Shown here piece after piece: positions 10,160 to 19,960 of a DNA stretch of 64,000 bases; within the stretch, counting starts at the first letter, position 1; each line of letters begins with the position of its first letter. Source of the DNA: Haliotis cracherodii (taxonomy: Eukaryota); the NCBI RefSeq assembly GCF_022045235.1, contig NW_027266330.1, forward strand, positions 43,028,001-43,092,000. Direction: 5' to 3'. Made by a program: the position numbers and the translations under genes. The notes beneath the pieces were generated by a model. That model saw only the letters and a list, made by a program, of their open reading frames with translations. It was not told the DNA's origin and ran no database searches.

Positions 10160-12003
10160 TGAAATCTCGAAAGTGCATCAGCTATAACGTTTGCATGCGT
10201 AGGAATATACGATGCTTTGAACAAGATATTATGTTGTAAACAGAGGAGTATCAGGCGCCTAAGCAACGACATAACTCGTGGTGGTTTTGCTGTTTGTTTA
10301 TTGATAATTGCTACCACTGCTTGGTTGTCACAAACAAACAACACTCGCTTATTTCGTAGATGTCTGCCCCACAGTCTTACTGCCAATACAATTGGAAAAA
10401 GCTCTAGCATAGTGATGTCTTTAGTCCATCCATTCTGCACCCACTCGTTAGGCCATCTGCCATTGGCCCATCTGCCCATGAAAAAGGCTCCGAAACCATG
10501 GTTACCTGACGCGTCGGTAAACAAATGTGTATCCGATGAATTGATCCACTCTGAATCTATAAATTCAGTAGTGCCATTGTGGTTTTGAAGAAATTGCCGC
10601 CATAAATTGAGGTCCTCGCGTATGCCTTGTGTTATCCTTATTCTGTGGTGAGGTTTTGACCCTCCGCGCTGTGCGTCAATGAGGCGTCTTAAAAAGGCGC
10701 GACCAATCGGAATTGCCCTACATACAAAATTAAGTTTCCCAAACAAGGACTGCAAGTAGTTTAATGTTGTTTTCTTCTTAAAAGGTGATAAAAGAGTATC
10801 TATTTCCTGCGTAAGCGGCACTACCTTATCCCTCGGTATGCTAATTTGCGCTTTGACTGTGTCTATTGTGATACCCAGGAACGTCATGTTTGTTGTAGGT
10901 AGAACCGTTTTGTCCTTTGCGACGGGAACGCCCATGTTTTGTAATAACTCCAGAGAGGACTGGAGAGTTTGTTGACACTTATTAGAGGCTAGTGCTGCCA
11001 ATGCAAAATCATCCAAATAATGTTGTATGTTATCATTTTTGGTGTATTTCCTGAGTACCCACTGCAAAAATGTGCTAAACTTTTCAAATGTTGCACATGA
11101 TATGGAACAGCCAAATGGAAGACATTTGTCAAAGTAGAAATTATGTTTGAATTGTATGCCCAGAAATTTAAAGTCATCTGGTCGTATAGGTATGAGGCGA
11201 AATGCAGACTTTATATCAAATTTTGCCATGTATGCACCCTTGCCTAATCCTTGTATCGCGGATAGCACCTGGTCAAAGCTAGTGTACTTGACTGTTGACA
11301 CCTCGTGTGATATGTAGTCGTTTACAGACTCTCCCTCAGGGTATGACAGATGGTGAATAAGTCTGAACGTTTGCTGAACTTGTTGATTATTGTGATTTGA
11401 CTTCTTCGGAACGAGACCGATTGGAGAAACTATCATATCTTGAAATGGTGGTGCTGTAAATGGACCTGCAATTCTACCTAGATCAACTTCTTTTTGTAGC
11501 ATTGTTGCCACCATGTTAGGATGTTGTTGTGCGGATTTTAAATTGTATGCCATTCTAGGACCCGGTGGACCCGTGTACTGTAGTGGAAAACCTCGAGAAA
11601 AACCTTCCGATAAAAACATAGCATCTGATGCGTAAAAGGGGGTGTAAATACTGAGTCTATGTGACAATACACGCATACTAATGGGTGTTGGCACTAGGCC
11701 TTGAGTTGGTATTGTTTGGGTTGGGTTTTGTTTGAGTACGGGGGGTTTTAACGCCCCCTTTTTGACGAAAGCATGTGTGTGCGCCGTGTGCAGTGCTGTC
11801 ACATGTGATGCATTTGTGTGCATATCGGCAGAAAGACCTTGTACATCCGAATTTGTTAAAATCCCAGCAAAACTTTGGGGTGCTACCGGTATTTGCGCTA
11901 TCCGCGTTGAGATTGCTGCGGTTGGTGGTAGTGGTGGTGTTTGTGACGCGCGCGTGTGCTGCTTGTTGATTTGGAAGCATATGTTGTAACCATAAATGGC
12001 CAT
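10081..12003 (-). CDS. Reverse transcriptase-RNase H (copy 1)
   Basis: DIKSAFR, LPFG, YLDDF; RNase H FTDAS, LEL, CDN, NVIADALSR. Confidence 0.95.
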   Translation of the reverse strand: MAIYGYNICFQINKQHTRASQTPPLPPTAAISTRIAQIPVAPQSFAGILTNSDVQGLSADMHTNASHVTALHTAHTHAFVKKGALKPPVLKQNPTQTIPTQGLVPTPISMRVLSHRLSIYTPFYASDAMFLSEGFSRGFPLQYTGPPGPRMAYNLKSAQQHPNMVATMLQKEVDLGRIAGPFTAPPFQDMIVSPIGLVPKKSNHNNQQVQQTFRLIHHLSYPEGESVNDYISHEVSTVKYTSFDQVLSAIQGLGKGAYMAKFDIKSAFRLIPIRPDDFKFLGIQFKHNFYFDKCLPFGCSISCATFEKFSTFLQWVLRKYTKNDNIQHYLDDFALAALASNKCQQTLQSSLELLQNMGVPVAKDKTVLPTTNMTFLGITIDTVKAQISIPRDKVVPLTQEIDTLLSPFKKKTTLNYLQSLFGKLNFVCRAIPIGRAFLRRLIDAQRGGSKPHHRIRITQGIREDLNLWRQFLQNHNGTTEFIDSEWINSSDTHLFTDASGNHGFGAFFMGRWANGRWPNEWVQNGWTKDITMLELFPIVLAVRLWGRHLRNKRVLFVCDNQAVVAIINKQTAKPPRVMSLLRRLILLCLQHNILFKASYIPTHANVIADALSRFQWSRFKEAAPQADEIPAHIPQDIWQI

Positions 12004-12879
12004 CTATTGCCCACCAGGATCGAGACGGGTCACGTTGCATCCTTTGTCTGAAACTACGGTCATATTGCAACCATGAATCTCCGCCGAACCTAATAGCAGC
12101 TCCCCTGATTGTTTCGCTGTAGGTAAGCAGATCCTGTATCTTATCCGGGTGTTTTTCTATGTATACGCTCATGTAGACGTTAAACGCCGATGTCCATGCG
12201 CCAATGCCTAATGGACGCGTTTGTTGTTGTTTGGGTTTAAAAATAATCTGACCTGTGGCGTCGAGCGCCAATGTAAATGCCGACATCTCTTGGGGTGTCT
12301 GATTTTGGGCCGATATTAGTTGTTTTAGCTCAATGAATTCGCCGTTGTGTATTTTTTCCCGTAGTTGTTGGGAAACATGTGATCCGATGTGTTCCGCTCT
12401 GATGTTTAACTGTATAGACAGGGTGTATTTGTCGCGGGTATGCCAAACATGGTTGGATCGTTTATATTCATAGTTGTGAAAGGATTGGGTGTTTGTGTTT
12501 GCTGTTGGGACGGATGCGTGTTATGTGCGTTTTCGCGTGCTAATGTACTAATGTTTATGTGCCCTTCATTGTTTGAAGACCTATCCCCAGTCGGCATCTG
12601 CGTGTCCCCGTTTGTGAGCGTGCTGTTAGCAAGCCTTGCCGTATTTGTAGGAAGCACTGTGTTAGCCGAGTTTGCATTATGCATAATATTGCTCGAATTG
12701 ATAAAAACAAAATCACTATCCAACGTACCTGCAGTGTATTGTGGTACTCCGCTGATCAGTCGTGAGCCAATTGGCGCATCCAAGTCTCTTCTATCCACAT
12801 TTCTGCTAACCCCCGTCCTACTGGCTTTCGGACCCTTCACCAGTCGGTGGGTCAGCGCCGCTTTCCTTTTAGGAGGCAT
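11678..12879 (-). pseudogene. gag-like gene split by a -1 frameshift (copy 1)
   Basis: MPPKRK ORF (12879-12406) and a -1-frame continuation IGSHVSQQLREKIHNGEFIEL...W..YD..FR...CWDFN..C....C...H.C..C....H....C (Zn fingers). Confidence 0.85.
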
Positions 12880-13019
12880 CCCAAACGAAGTAATGAGGTG
12901 AGGTGAAAACGCTATAGAGGTGAAACCGTAAGAGGTGAAATGCTAACCGCCGGACGCGTTGTGTTGTGTTGTTAGAATGACTTGACGGTTGGGGAGTAAA
13001 AGAAGTGACATCACGAGAC

Positions 13020-13052
13020 CACGTGTAGTGACGTCATGGGAGAAATGACGTA
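13020..13052. promoter_or_regulatory. E-box plus CRE cluster at the Ngaro 5' repeat
   Basis: CACGTG (13020-13025), perfect CRE palindrome TGACGTCA (13029-13036) and a second TGACGTA site; function inferred. Confidence 0.4.
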
Positions 13053-13197
13053 TGTTGCCATGGGGAGTATATTGGCGTGTCTTGTGAAAGGAAATGTTTG
13101 TAAACAAATGGTGGAAAATGGTAAATGGGAATACTTACTAGTATTGTTTATGCGGAGCTGACCATAAACCGATTTAGCTAAATAATGCTAAATCATA
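13023..13197 (-). repeat. Ngaro direct repeat A1 (5' terminus, copy 1)
   Basis: Matches 7626-7801; joins the Polinton gene at the position equivalent to 2435. Confidence 0.9.
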
Positions 13198-13685
13198 ATA
13201 AAAAGTATCGCAGAGCCGTGAATGCTCTGGACGGAGTTGACACCGCTCTTGTAGTAGCTGGCATGGGACTCGGTGTAGCCGGTGTCGGTTTACTATCAAC
13301 TATAATCGCCGCGCCTATCGTGCTCGGCATGGAAATAACCGCCGGAGTCTCGGGACTGGCAGGAATAGCGATAAAATTCATTTCTCGTAGGTTACAAAAG
13401 AAAGCATTAAAACACGATAGTATTCGGATACTCGCCGAAGCAAAGTTGAACAGCATTGAGGATCATATTTCGACAGCAATGGCCGATTGTAAGATATCCG
13501 AGGATGAGTTTCGTTTAGTGCTGTCGGAACTCACCAAATACAACGTAATGAAGCAGGAGATTCGATCAAAATCTCGTAAGACCAATGGTATTAGCGAAGA
13601 CGAGAAAAAAAAGTTCATAGAACAAGGGAGGCAACAAGCGCGTCAATTATTCCGTGCCAAAACCAAAGAACTGGTTGGAGATTAA
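13185..13685 (+). CDS. Chimeric ORF: Ngaro-repeat ATG fused to 5'-truncated Polinton membrane protein (166 aa)
   Basis: ATG CTA AAT CAT from the repeat is in frame with KKYRRAV... of the 2308..2922 gene; expression unknown. Confidence 0.4.
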   Translation: MLNHNKKYRRAVNALDGVDTALVVAGMGLGVAGVGLLSTIIAAPIVLGMEITAGVSGLAGIAIKFISRRLQKKALKHDSIRILAEAKLNSIEDHISTAMADCKISEDEFRLVLSELTKYNVMKQEIRSKSRKTNGISEDEKKKFIEQGRQQARQLFRAKTKELVGD

Positions 13686-13746
13686 AAATAAATTGCTTAC
13701 TATCGTGTGATTACATTTAGACAAATGCTTACATAAATATATAATA

Positions 13747-14004
13747 ATGGAGAAAACTATTAAATGGAGAGAATTACCACAAGGTTTTTATTATATCAGT
13801 GATGTCAAACCAACCAAATACGGTAATCAATTGTTTCTTATCAATTTACAAGAAGAGTGTAGTTATATAGTCTGGTCTCCTGGTAAAATGAACGAAGAAC
13901 TTAATAAAAATGTTGAATATCGCTTTATCGATAAAAATAATGAAGAATATTTTTATTACCATTTAGGCTCATCTAAAGCAATGATTGGCCCCAGGTATTG
14001 GTGA
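13747..14004 (+). CDS. Small Polinton protein (85 aa), duplicate
   Basis: Identical protein to 2984..3241. Confidence 0.5.
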   Translation: MEKTIKWRELPQGFYYISDVKPTKYGNQLFLINLQEECSYIVWSPGKMNEELNKNVEYRFIDKNNEEYFYYHLGSSKAMIGPRYW

Positions 14005-14013
14005 GCTAGAGCT

Positions 14014-14140
14014 GAATCTCATGACTATCGTTGAATCGCATAATCATTTTGGCATAAAAAATTCCATCTGTCGTAGCAGTATAGGTATATGAATCCAGCT
14101 CCAGTGGAAGTGGTCCAGAACCCCCATTACCTATACTACT
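14014..14140. repeat. Polinton right TIR (unit 2)
   Basis: Copy of 3251-3377. Confidence 0.85.
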
Positions 14141-14547
14141 CAAGGTCTCAGCCGGTCGCTTTTCGCTTTCGTGCAACTCTTATCAGGCTGAGCCCCAAAC
14201 ACGCCTTTATTTATGTCTGACAAATTCATTTATACTTCCAACCTCTTTGCAATGCCAAAGTCTATCTGCCTATACATTTTTATTCCGTTCCGACTATTTT
14301 TGGTTTTTGCCGAAAAGACAGCTATCTGTTAAGCCGTTTTGGCTGTATTTTAGCCACCATTGTTGAGTGAATTAAGAAGTTTTTGGATCATTCTCGGATC
14401 TTTGCCATGGAAGTTTCTTGTCAATTAACGAGGTCTTAGCCGGTCATTTTTCACTTTCGCACAACTCTCATCGGCCATGTTGGGAGCCCCCAAACACCCC
14501 TTTCTTTAACTTCCAACCTCTTTGCTATGCTAAGGTCTACCTATCTA

Positions 14548-14806
14548 GACCCGTGAAGATTCTGGGGTAGAATACCCATGCTTGCCGTAAAAGGCGACTA
14601 TGCTTGTCGTAAAAGGCGACTAACGGGATCGGCTGGTCAGACTCGCTGACTTAGTTGATGCATGTCATCGATCCAAATTGCGCTGATCGATGCTCATGAT
14701 ATAAATCACTTGATTGTCTGGTCAAGAATTGATTATTTTACAGACCACCATCATATAGATGGAGTATTGCTGAGTGTGGCGTTAAACAACAAACCAATCC
14801 AAACCA
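14548..14806 (+). mobile_element. SINE fragment (unit 2)
   Basis: Copy of 3785-4043. Confidence 0.7.
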
Positions 14807-14808
14807 CA

Positions 14809-17434
14809 GACAAAAAGTTCAAGTCGCTTTATGTATTTTCAGTGCCTTGTGATTTTTAATGGAATTCATTGTGTATCGGACATCTATGACTGCATCCATG
14901 CACCAAATTTGTTTTGTATACTGAGACTGATACTTTCTGGTTAGCTTGTGTAAAAGTCAAGTTGCTGAAGTATTTTCAGTGATGAGTGTCAGACATCTAA
15001 TTCATCCACATACACAATATGATATTCTTCCCGAGGACGTATCCTTTCGAAGATGTAAAAGTCATGCACATGACAAAAAGTTCATGTCGGTGTATGTATT
15101 TTCAGTGCCTTGTGATTTTTAATGGAATTCATCTGTGTCGGACATCTAAGACTGCATCCATGCACCAAATTTGTTTTGTATACTGAGACTGATACTTTCT
15201 GGTTAGCTTGTAGAAAAAACAAGTCGCTTTATGTATTTCCAGTGACTTTTGATTTTTAATGGAATTCATTGTGTGTCTGACATCTAAGACTGCGTCCATG
15301 CACCAAATTTGTTTTGTATACTGAGTCTGATACTTTCTGGTTAGCTTGTGGAAAGGTCAAGTCGCTTTATGTATTTTCAGTGCCTTTTGATTTTTAATGG
15401 AATTCATTATGTGGCGGACATCTAAGACTGCATCCATGCACCAAATTTGTTTTGTATACTGAGACTGATACTTTCTGGTTAGCTTGTGGAAAAGTCAGGT
15501 TGCTGAGACATCTAAGAAATCTTCCACATACACAATATGATATTCTTCCTGAGGATGTAAAAGTCATGCACATGACAAAAAGTTCAAGTCGCTTTATGTA
15601 TTTTCAGTGCCTTTTGAATTTTTAATGGAATTCATCTGTGTCGGACATCTAAGACTGCATCCATGCACCAAATTTGTTTTGTATACTGAGACTGATAATT
15701 TAAGGTTAGTTTGTGGAAAAGTCAAGTTGCTGATGTATTTTCAGTGATGAGTGTCAGACATAAATATGATATTCCTGAGGATGGATTCTTTCCAAAGATG
15801 TTAAAGTCATGCACATGACAAAAAATTCAAGTCGCTTTATGTATTTTCAGTGCCTTGTGATTTTTAATGGAATTCATTGTGTGTCGGACATCTAAGACTG
15901 CATCCATGCACCAAATTTGTTTTGTATACTGAGACTGATACTTTGTGGTTAGCTTGTAGAAAAGTCAGGTTGCTGAGACATCTAAGAATTCTTCCAAATA
16001 CACAATATGATATTCTTCCCGAGGATGTAAAAGTCATGCACCTGTCAAAAAGTTCAAGTCGCTTTATGTACTTTCAGTGCCTTGTGATTTTTAATGGAAT
16101 TCATTATGTGTCGGACATCTAAGACTGCATCCATGCACCAAATTTGTTTTGTATACTGAGACTGATACTTTCTGGTTAGCTTGTGTAAAAGTCAAGTTGC
16201 TAAAGTATTTTCAGTGATGAGTATCAGACATCTAATTCATCCACATACACAATATGATATTCTTCCCGAGGACGTATCCTTTCGAAGATGTAAAAGTCAT
16301 GCACATGACAAAAAGTTCATGTCGGTGTATGTATTTTCAGTGCCTTGTGATTTTTAATGGAATTCATCTGTGTCGGACATCTAAGACTGCATCCATGCAC
16401 CAAATTTGTTTTGTATACTGAGACTGATACTTTCTGGTTAGCTTGTAGAACAAACAAGTCGCTTTATGTATTTCCAGTGACTTTTGATTTTTAATGGAAT
16501 TCATTGTGTCTTGGACATCTAAGACTGCATCCATGCACCAAATTTGATTGTATACTAAGACTGATACTTTGAGGTTAGCTTGTGGAAAAGTCAAGTTGTT
16601 GATGTATTTTCAGTGCCTTGTGATTTTTAATGGAATTCATTGTGTGTCGGACATCTAAGACTGCATCCATGCACCAAATTTGTTTTGTATACTGAGACTG
16701 ATACTTTCTGGTTAGCTTGTGGAAAAGTCAGGTTGCTGAGACATCTAAGAATTCTTCCACATACACAATATGATATTCTTCCTGAGGATGTAAAAGTCAT
16801 GCACCTGACAAAAAGTTCAAGTCGCTTTATGTATTTTCAGTGCCTTGTGATTTTTAATGGAATTCATCTGTGTCGGACATCTAAGACTGCATCCATGCAC
16901 AAAATTTGATTGTATACTAAGACTGATACTTTGAGGTTAGTTTGTGGAAAAGTCAAGTTGCTGATGTATTTTCAGTGATGAGTGTCAGACATCTAATTCA
17001 TCCACATACACAATATGATATTCTTCCTGAGGACGTATCCTTTCGAAGATGTAAAAGTCATGCACATGACAAAAAGTTCATGTCGGTGTATGTATTTTCA
17101 GTGCCTTGTGATTTTTAATGGAATTCATTATGTGGCGGACATCTAAGACTGCATCCATGCACCAAATTTGTTTTGTATACTGAGACTGATACTTTCTGGT
17201 TAGCTTGTGGAAAGGTCAGGTTGCTGAGACATCTAAGAAATCTTCCACATACACAATATGATATTCTTCCCGAGGATGTAAAAGTCATGCACATGACAAA
17301 AAGTTCAAGTCGCTTTATGTATTTTCAGTGCCTTTTGAATTTTTAATGGAATTCATTGTGTGTCGGACATCTAAGACTGCATCCATGCACCAAATTTGTT
17401 TTGTATACTGAGACTGATAATTTAAGGTTAGTTT
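14809..17434. repeat. Modular EcoRI satellite array (unit 2)
   Basis: Same monomers, ~2.63-kb block. Confidence 0.95.
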
Positions 17435-18112
17435 GTGTAGTGACGTCATGGGAGAAATGACGTATGTTGCCATGGGGAGTATATTGGCGTGTCTTGTGAA
17501 AGGAGAATGTTTGTAAACAAATGGTGGAAAATGGTAAATGGGAATAGTTACTAGTATTGTTTATGAGGAGCTGACCATAAACCGATTTAGCTAAATAATG
17601 CTAAATCATATTATGTTCAGACTACCTCCGATGAAAAGATTAACAAACAATGATGTTTTGTGGGATATAATGGGCAGAGTGTGGATGAGGCAGTCGGGGG
17701 GATAAGCAAGGTCCTACCGCGGACTAGAAATCGCATACAGCCCCTATCGCGGGTCAAGTTGTCCCTCCACCGTGCTTGGCAGACAGGACCCACAGCAAAG
17801 ATACTATCACTCCCCCCGCGGAAACAGCGGGCAGAAGAATTTGGGCTCCCACTGTAATTAGCAGGCAGCCAGAGTATCATACACACACCAGCATGGTGTT
17901 AAACCAAATCCCCCGACTGCACCATGCCAAACAGCGGGGTGCAAAATGTATAAATACACTATGCACACCGCTGACATCCACACATTATATTATATTTGCA
18001 TTAAATTATGATGTGGAAGGGAGATGGGGAGTGGATAAGAGACTGGGAAGGAAAAGAAAATTATGCGCCTCCCCCCAAAGTGAAGTTATACATACTTACC
18101 CGAACAGTACCT

Positions 18113-18645
18113 TTACTCATCACTAAACAATGTCCTGCGTACATTTGATTTAAAATGGGCCATGCCCGACCGGTTTAAATGAACTCCCCGAGGAGTATAA
18201 AACGGAGCATCATGTTTGATCTGAGGGTGGGTACACCTTAGACCCCCCTCTTCCCTGATCACTCCCGCAATCCGCCTATTAATCAATTTTCTTTTCAGTT
18301 CAATCCTTTTAACATTGCTGGCTCCTCGCCAGGTTTGTCGAGGCAACATGTCAGACCATACCAATTTGGTATTCGGGAGTTTAAGTTGAGCGTATGTTAT
18401 GTCCAGATACATGTTTTCATAAAGTTCCTTTGTCCCCTTTGTACACAGATCATTTGATCCAAGGTGGATAACCAGAAGCTTCGGCTGGGGATGGCGGGCA
18501 ACAAGTGTATCCACTGCCTTGCGGAATTCCCCCCACTTCATTCCGCCCTTTGCATGCCAGCGGGTACCCGTCAGTAGGGAGTCCGATGTAGTGGCCAGAT
18601 GGTCGTGGAATTGGACCATATTACTGGACCCGATACACCATACAT
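18113..18645 (-). CDS. SGNH hydrolase-like exon (copy 2)
   Basis: As copy 1 (GSSN variant). Confidence 0.85.
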
Positions 18646-18964
18646 CTGAAACTTAAAACACACTAGCAGCATCTTTGTTATAATAACATCTGCTTTATCT
18701 TTACCTANNNNNNNNNNNNNNNNNNNNNNNNNNNNNNNNNNNNNNNNNNNNNNNNNNNNNNNNNNNNNNNNNNNNNNNNNNNNNNNNNNNNNNNNNNNNN
18801 NNNNNNNNNNNNNNNNNNNNNNNNNNNNNNNNNNNNNNNNNNNNNNNNNNNNNNNNNNNNNNNNNAGAGTTAGTGAAAAAGTATGTATTATCCCGTTACC
18901 CCCGTGGAACCGCAACAGGCAGGAACGGCTGGTGAGTCTGTGTTTGTTTCTGCTAGGTATACTG

Positions 18965-19960
18965 TTAAGTGGTGAGTTGAGTAATGCGGATATATTTGCT
19001 GTAACAGTTTGATTTCCAACGCCCATATTTCTGAATCTGCTTGGAACTAACCCCATTAATTGCTGCTGTGGTAGCCGCTCCAATGCGAAAAGAGTGTGAC
19101 GAAAACAAATGAAGATTGAGGTGTGGTAAAGAAAATGACAGGGCCTTTCTTAACATTGACTGAAATTGGAATCTATTTAAAGGACGTCCATCAAAATGGA
19201 CGAACACATGACCGTGCACTGGTGGTCTGATGGATAGAAACTGTTGCATTGCTCTGACAGGACACAGTCTAGAGTGAAGGATAGCTGTTATTTGTATTTG
19301 CACACCTCTGCCGCCCTGATCCGTTTTGGATGAGCGTAAACATATCGTTATGTGACTTATATCTGCTGCCACATGAATATCAGACAAAAGACACGCCTTA
19401 TGCGAGAAATCCTTGGCTGACCCTGCCACCAGCTCGCTGATTCTAAAGAATCCAAAAAATGCAAGCAGGTATGCAGCTGTGAAAAGAGACGTTTCGTAAA
19501 CTGAAGCACAAACTACCGGTAATGCTGTGACAATAACAGACAATAAGTCAACTGTAATTGGGAGTCGAGTGTCAGCCTTCTGTTTCTGTCTGACAAATCC
19601 AATCAAGGCTTTCTGAATAAGAAAATGGGATGTTAGGTCATGCATACCATGTAACTTTTGCCATGTTGTTAATGCTGATATATACGACTTTGCCGTGCGA
19701 GGAGATTTTCCTGTTAAGGAGAGATGAGCGATAAAATGCATAAGGTGATCAACCGGGGCGGGCCAAATGTGTGGCAGGCTGAAAGAGATGCGGAAAACAT
19801 TAAATGACTTTAGTGCAGACTCATACAGGTTCCATGTGTTGAGTGCTAGAGAAGACTGCACTAGACGTTGCACCTCTGTCGTCAGATCTGCCATATGTCC
19901 TGTGGTATGTGTGCTGGTATCTCGTCTGCCTGCGGTGCTGCTTCTTTGAACCTGGACCAC
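18965..19960 (-). CDS. Tyrosine recombinase (copy 2)
   Basis: As copy 1. Confidence 0.95.
   Translation of the reverse strand: MVQVQRSSTAGRRDTSTHTTGHMADLTTEVQRLVQSSLALNTWNLYESALKSFNVFRISFSLPHIWPAPVDHLMHFIAHLSLTGKSPRTAKSYISALTTWQKLHGMHDLTSHFLIQKALIGFVRQKQKADTRLPITVDLLSVIVTALPVVCASVYETSLFTAAYLLAFFGFFRISELVAGSAKDFSHKACLLSDIHVAADISHITICLRSSKTDQGGRGVQIQITAILHSRLCPVRAMQQFLSIRPPVHGHVFVHFDGRPLNRFQFQSMLRKALSFSLPHLNLHLFSSHSFRIGAATTAAINGVSSKQIQKYGRWKSNCYSKYIRITQLTT

Larger units (their letters stand above)
7626..13197 (-). mobile_element. Ngaro-type tyrosine-recombinase retrotransposon, copy 1
   Basis: gag-RT/RNaseH-YR-SGNH gene order with overlapping ORFs, ~175-bp direct repeats at 7626-7801 and 13023-13197, no DDE integrase, no TSD. 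Confidence 0.92.

Noticed and set aside
9957-12901. Plus-strand ORFs antisense to YR, pol and gag (e.g. 123 aa, 153 aa), and short ORFs at 7808-8317
   Set aside because: Shadows of coding frames or UTR; no motifs, and their conservation only reflects recent duplication.
7626-13197. Classification as an LTR (Gypsy/Copia/BEL) retrotransposon because of the direct repeats
   Set aside because: No protease or DDE integrase, no TSD, and it encodes a tyrosine recombinase with DIRS/Ngaro-type RT-RNaseH.
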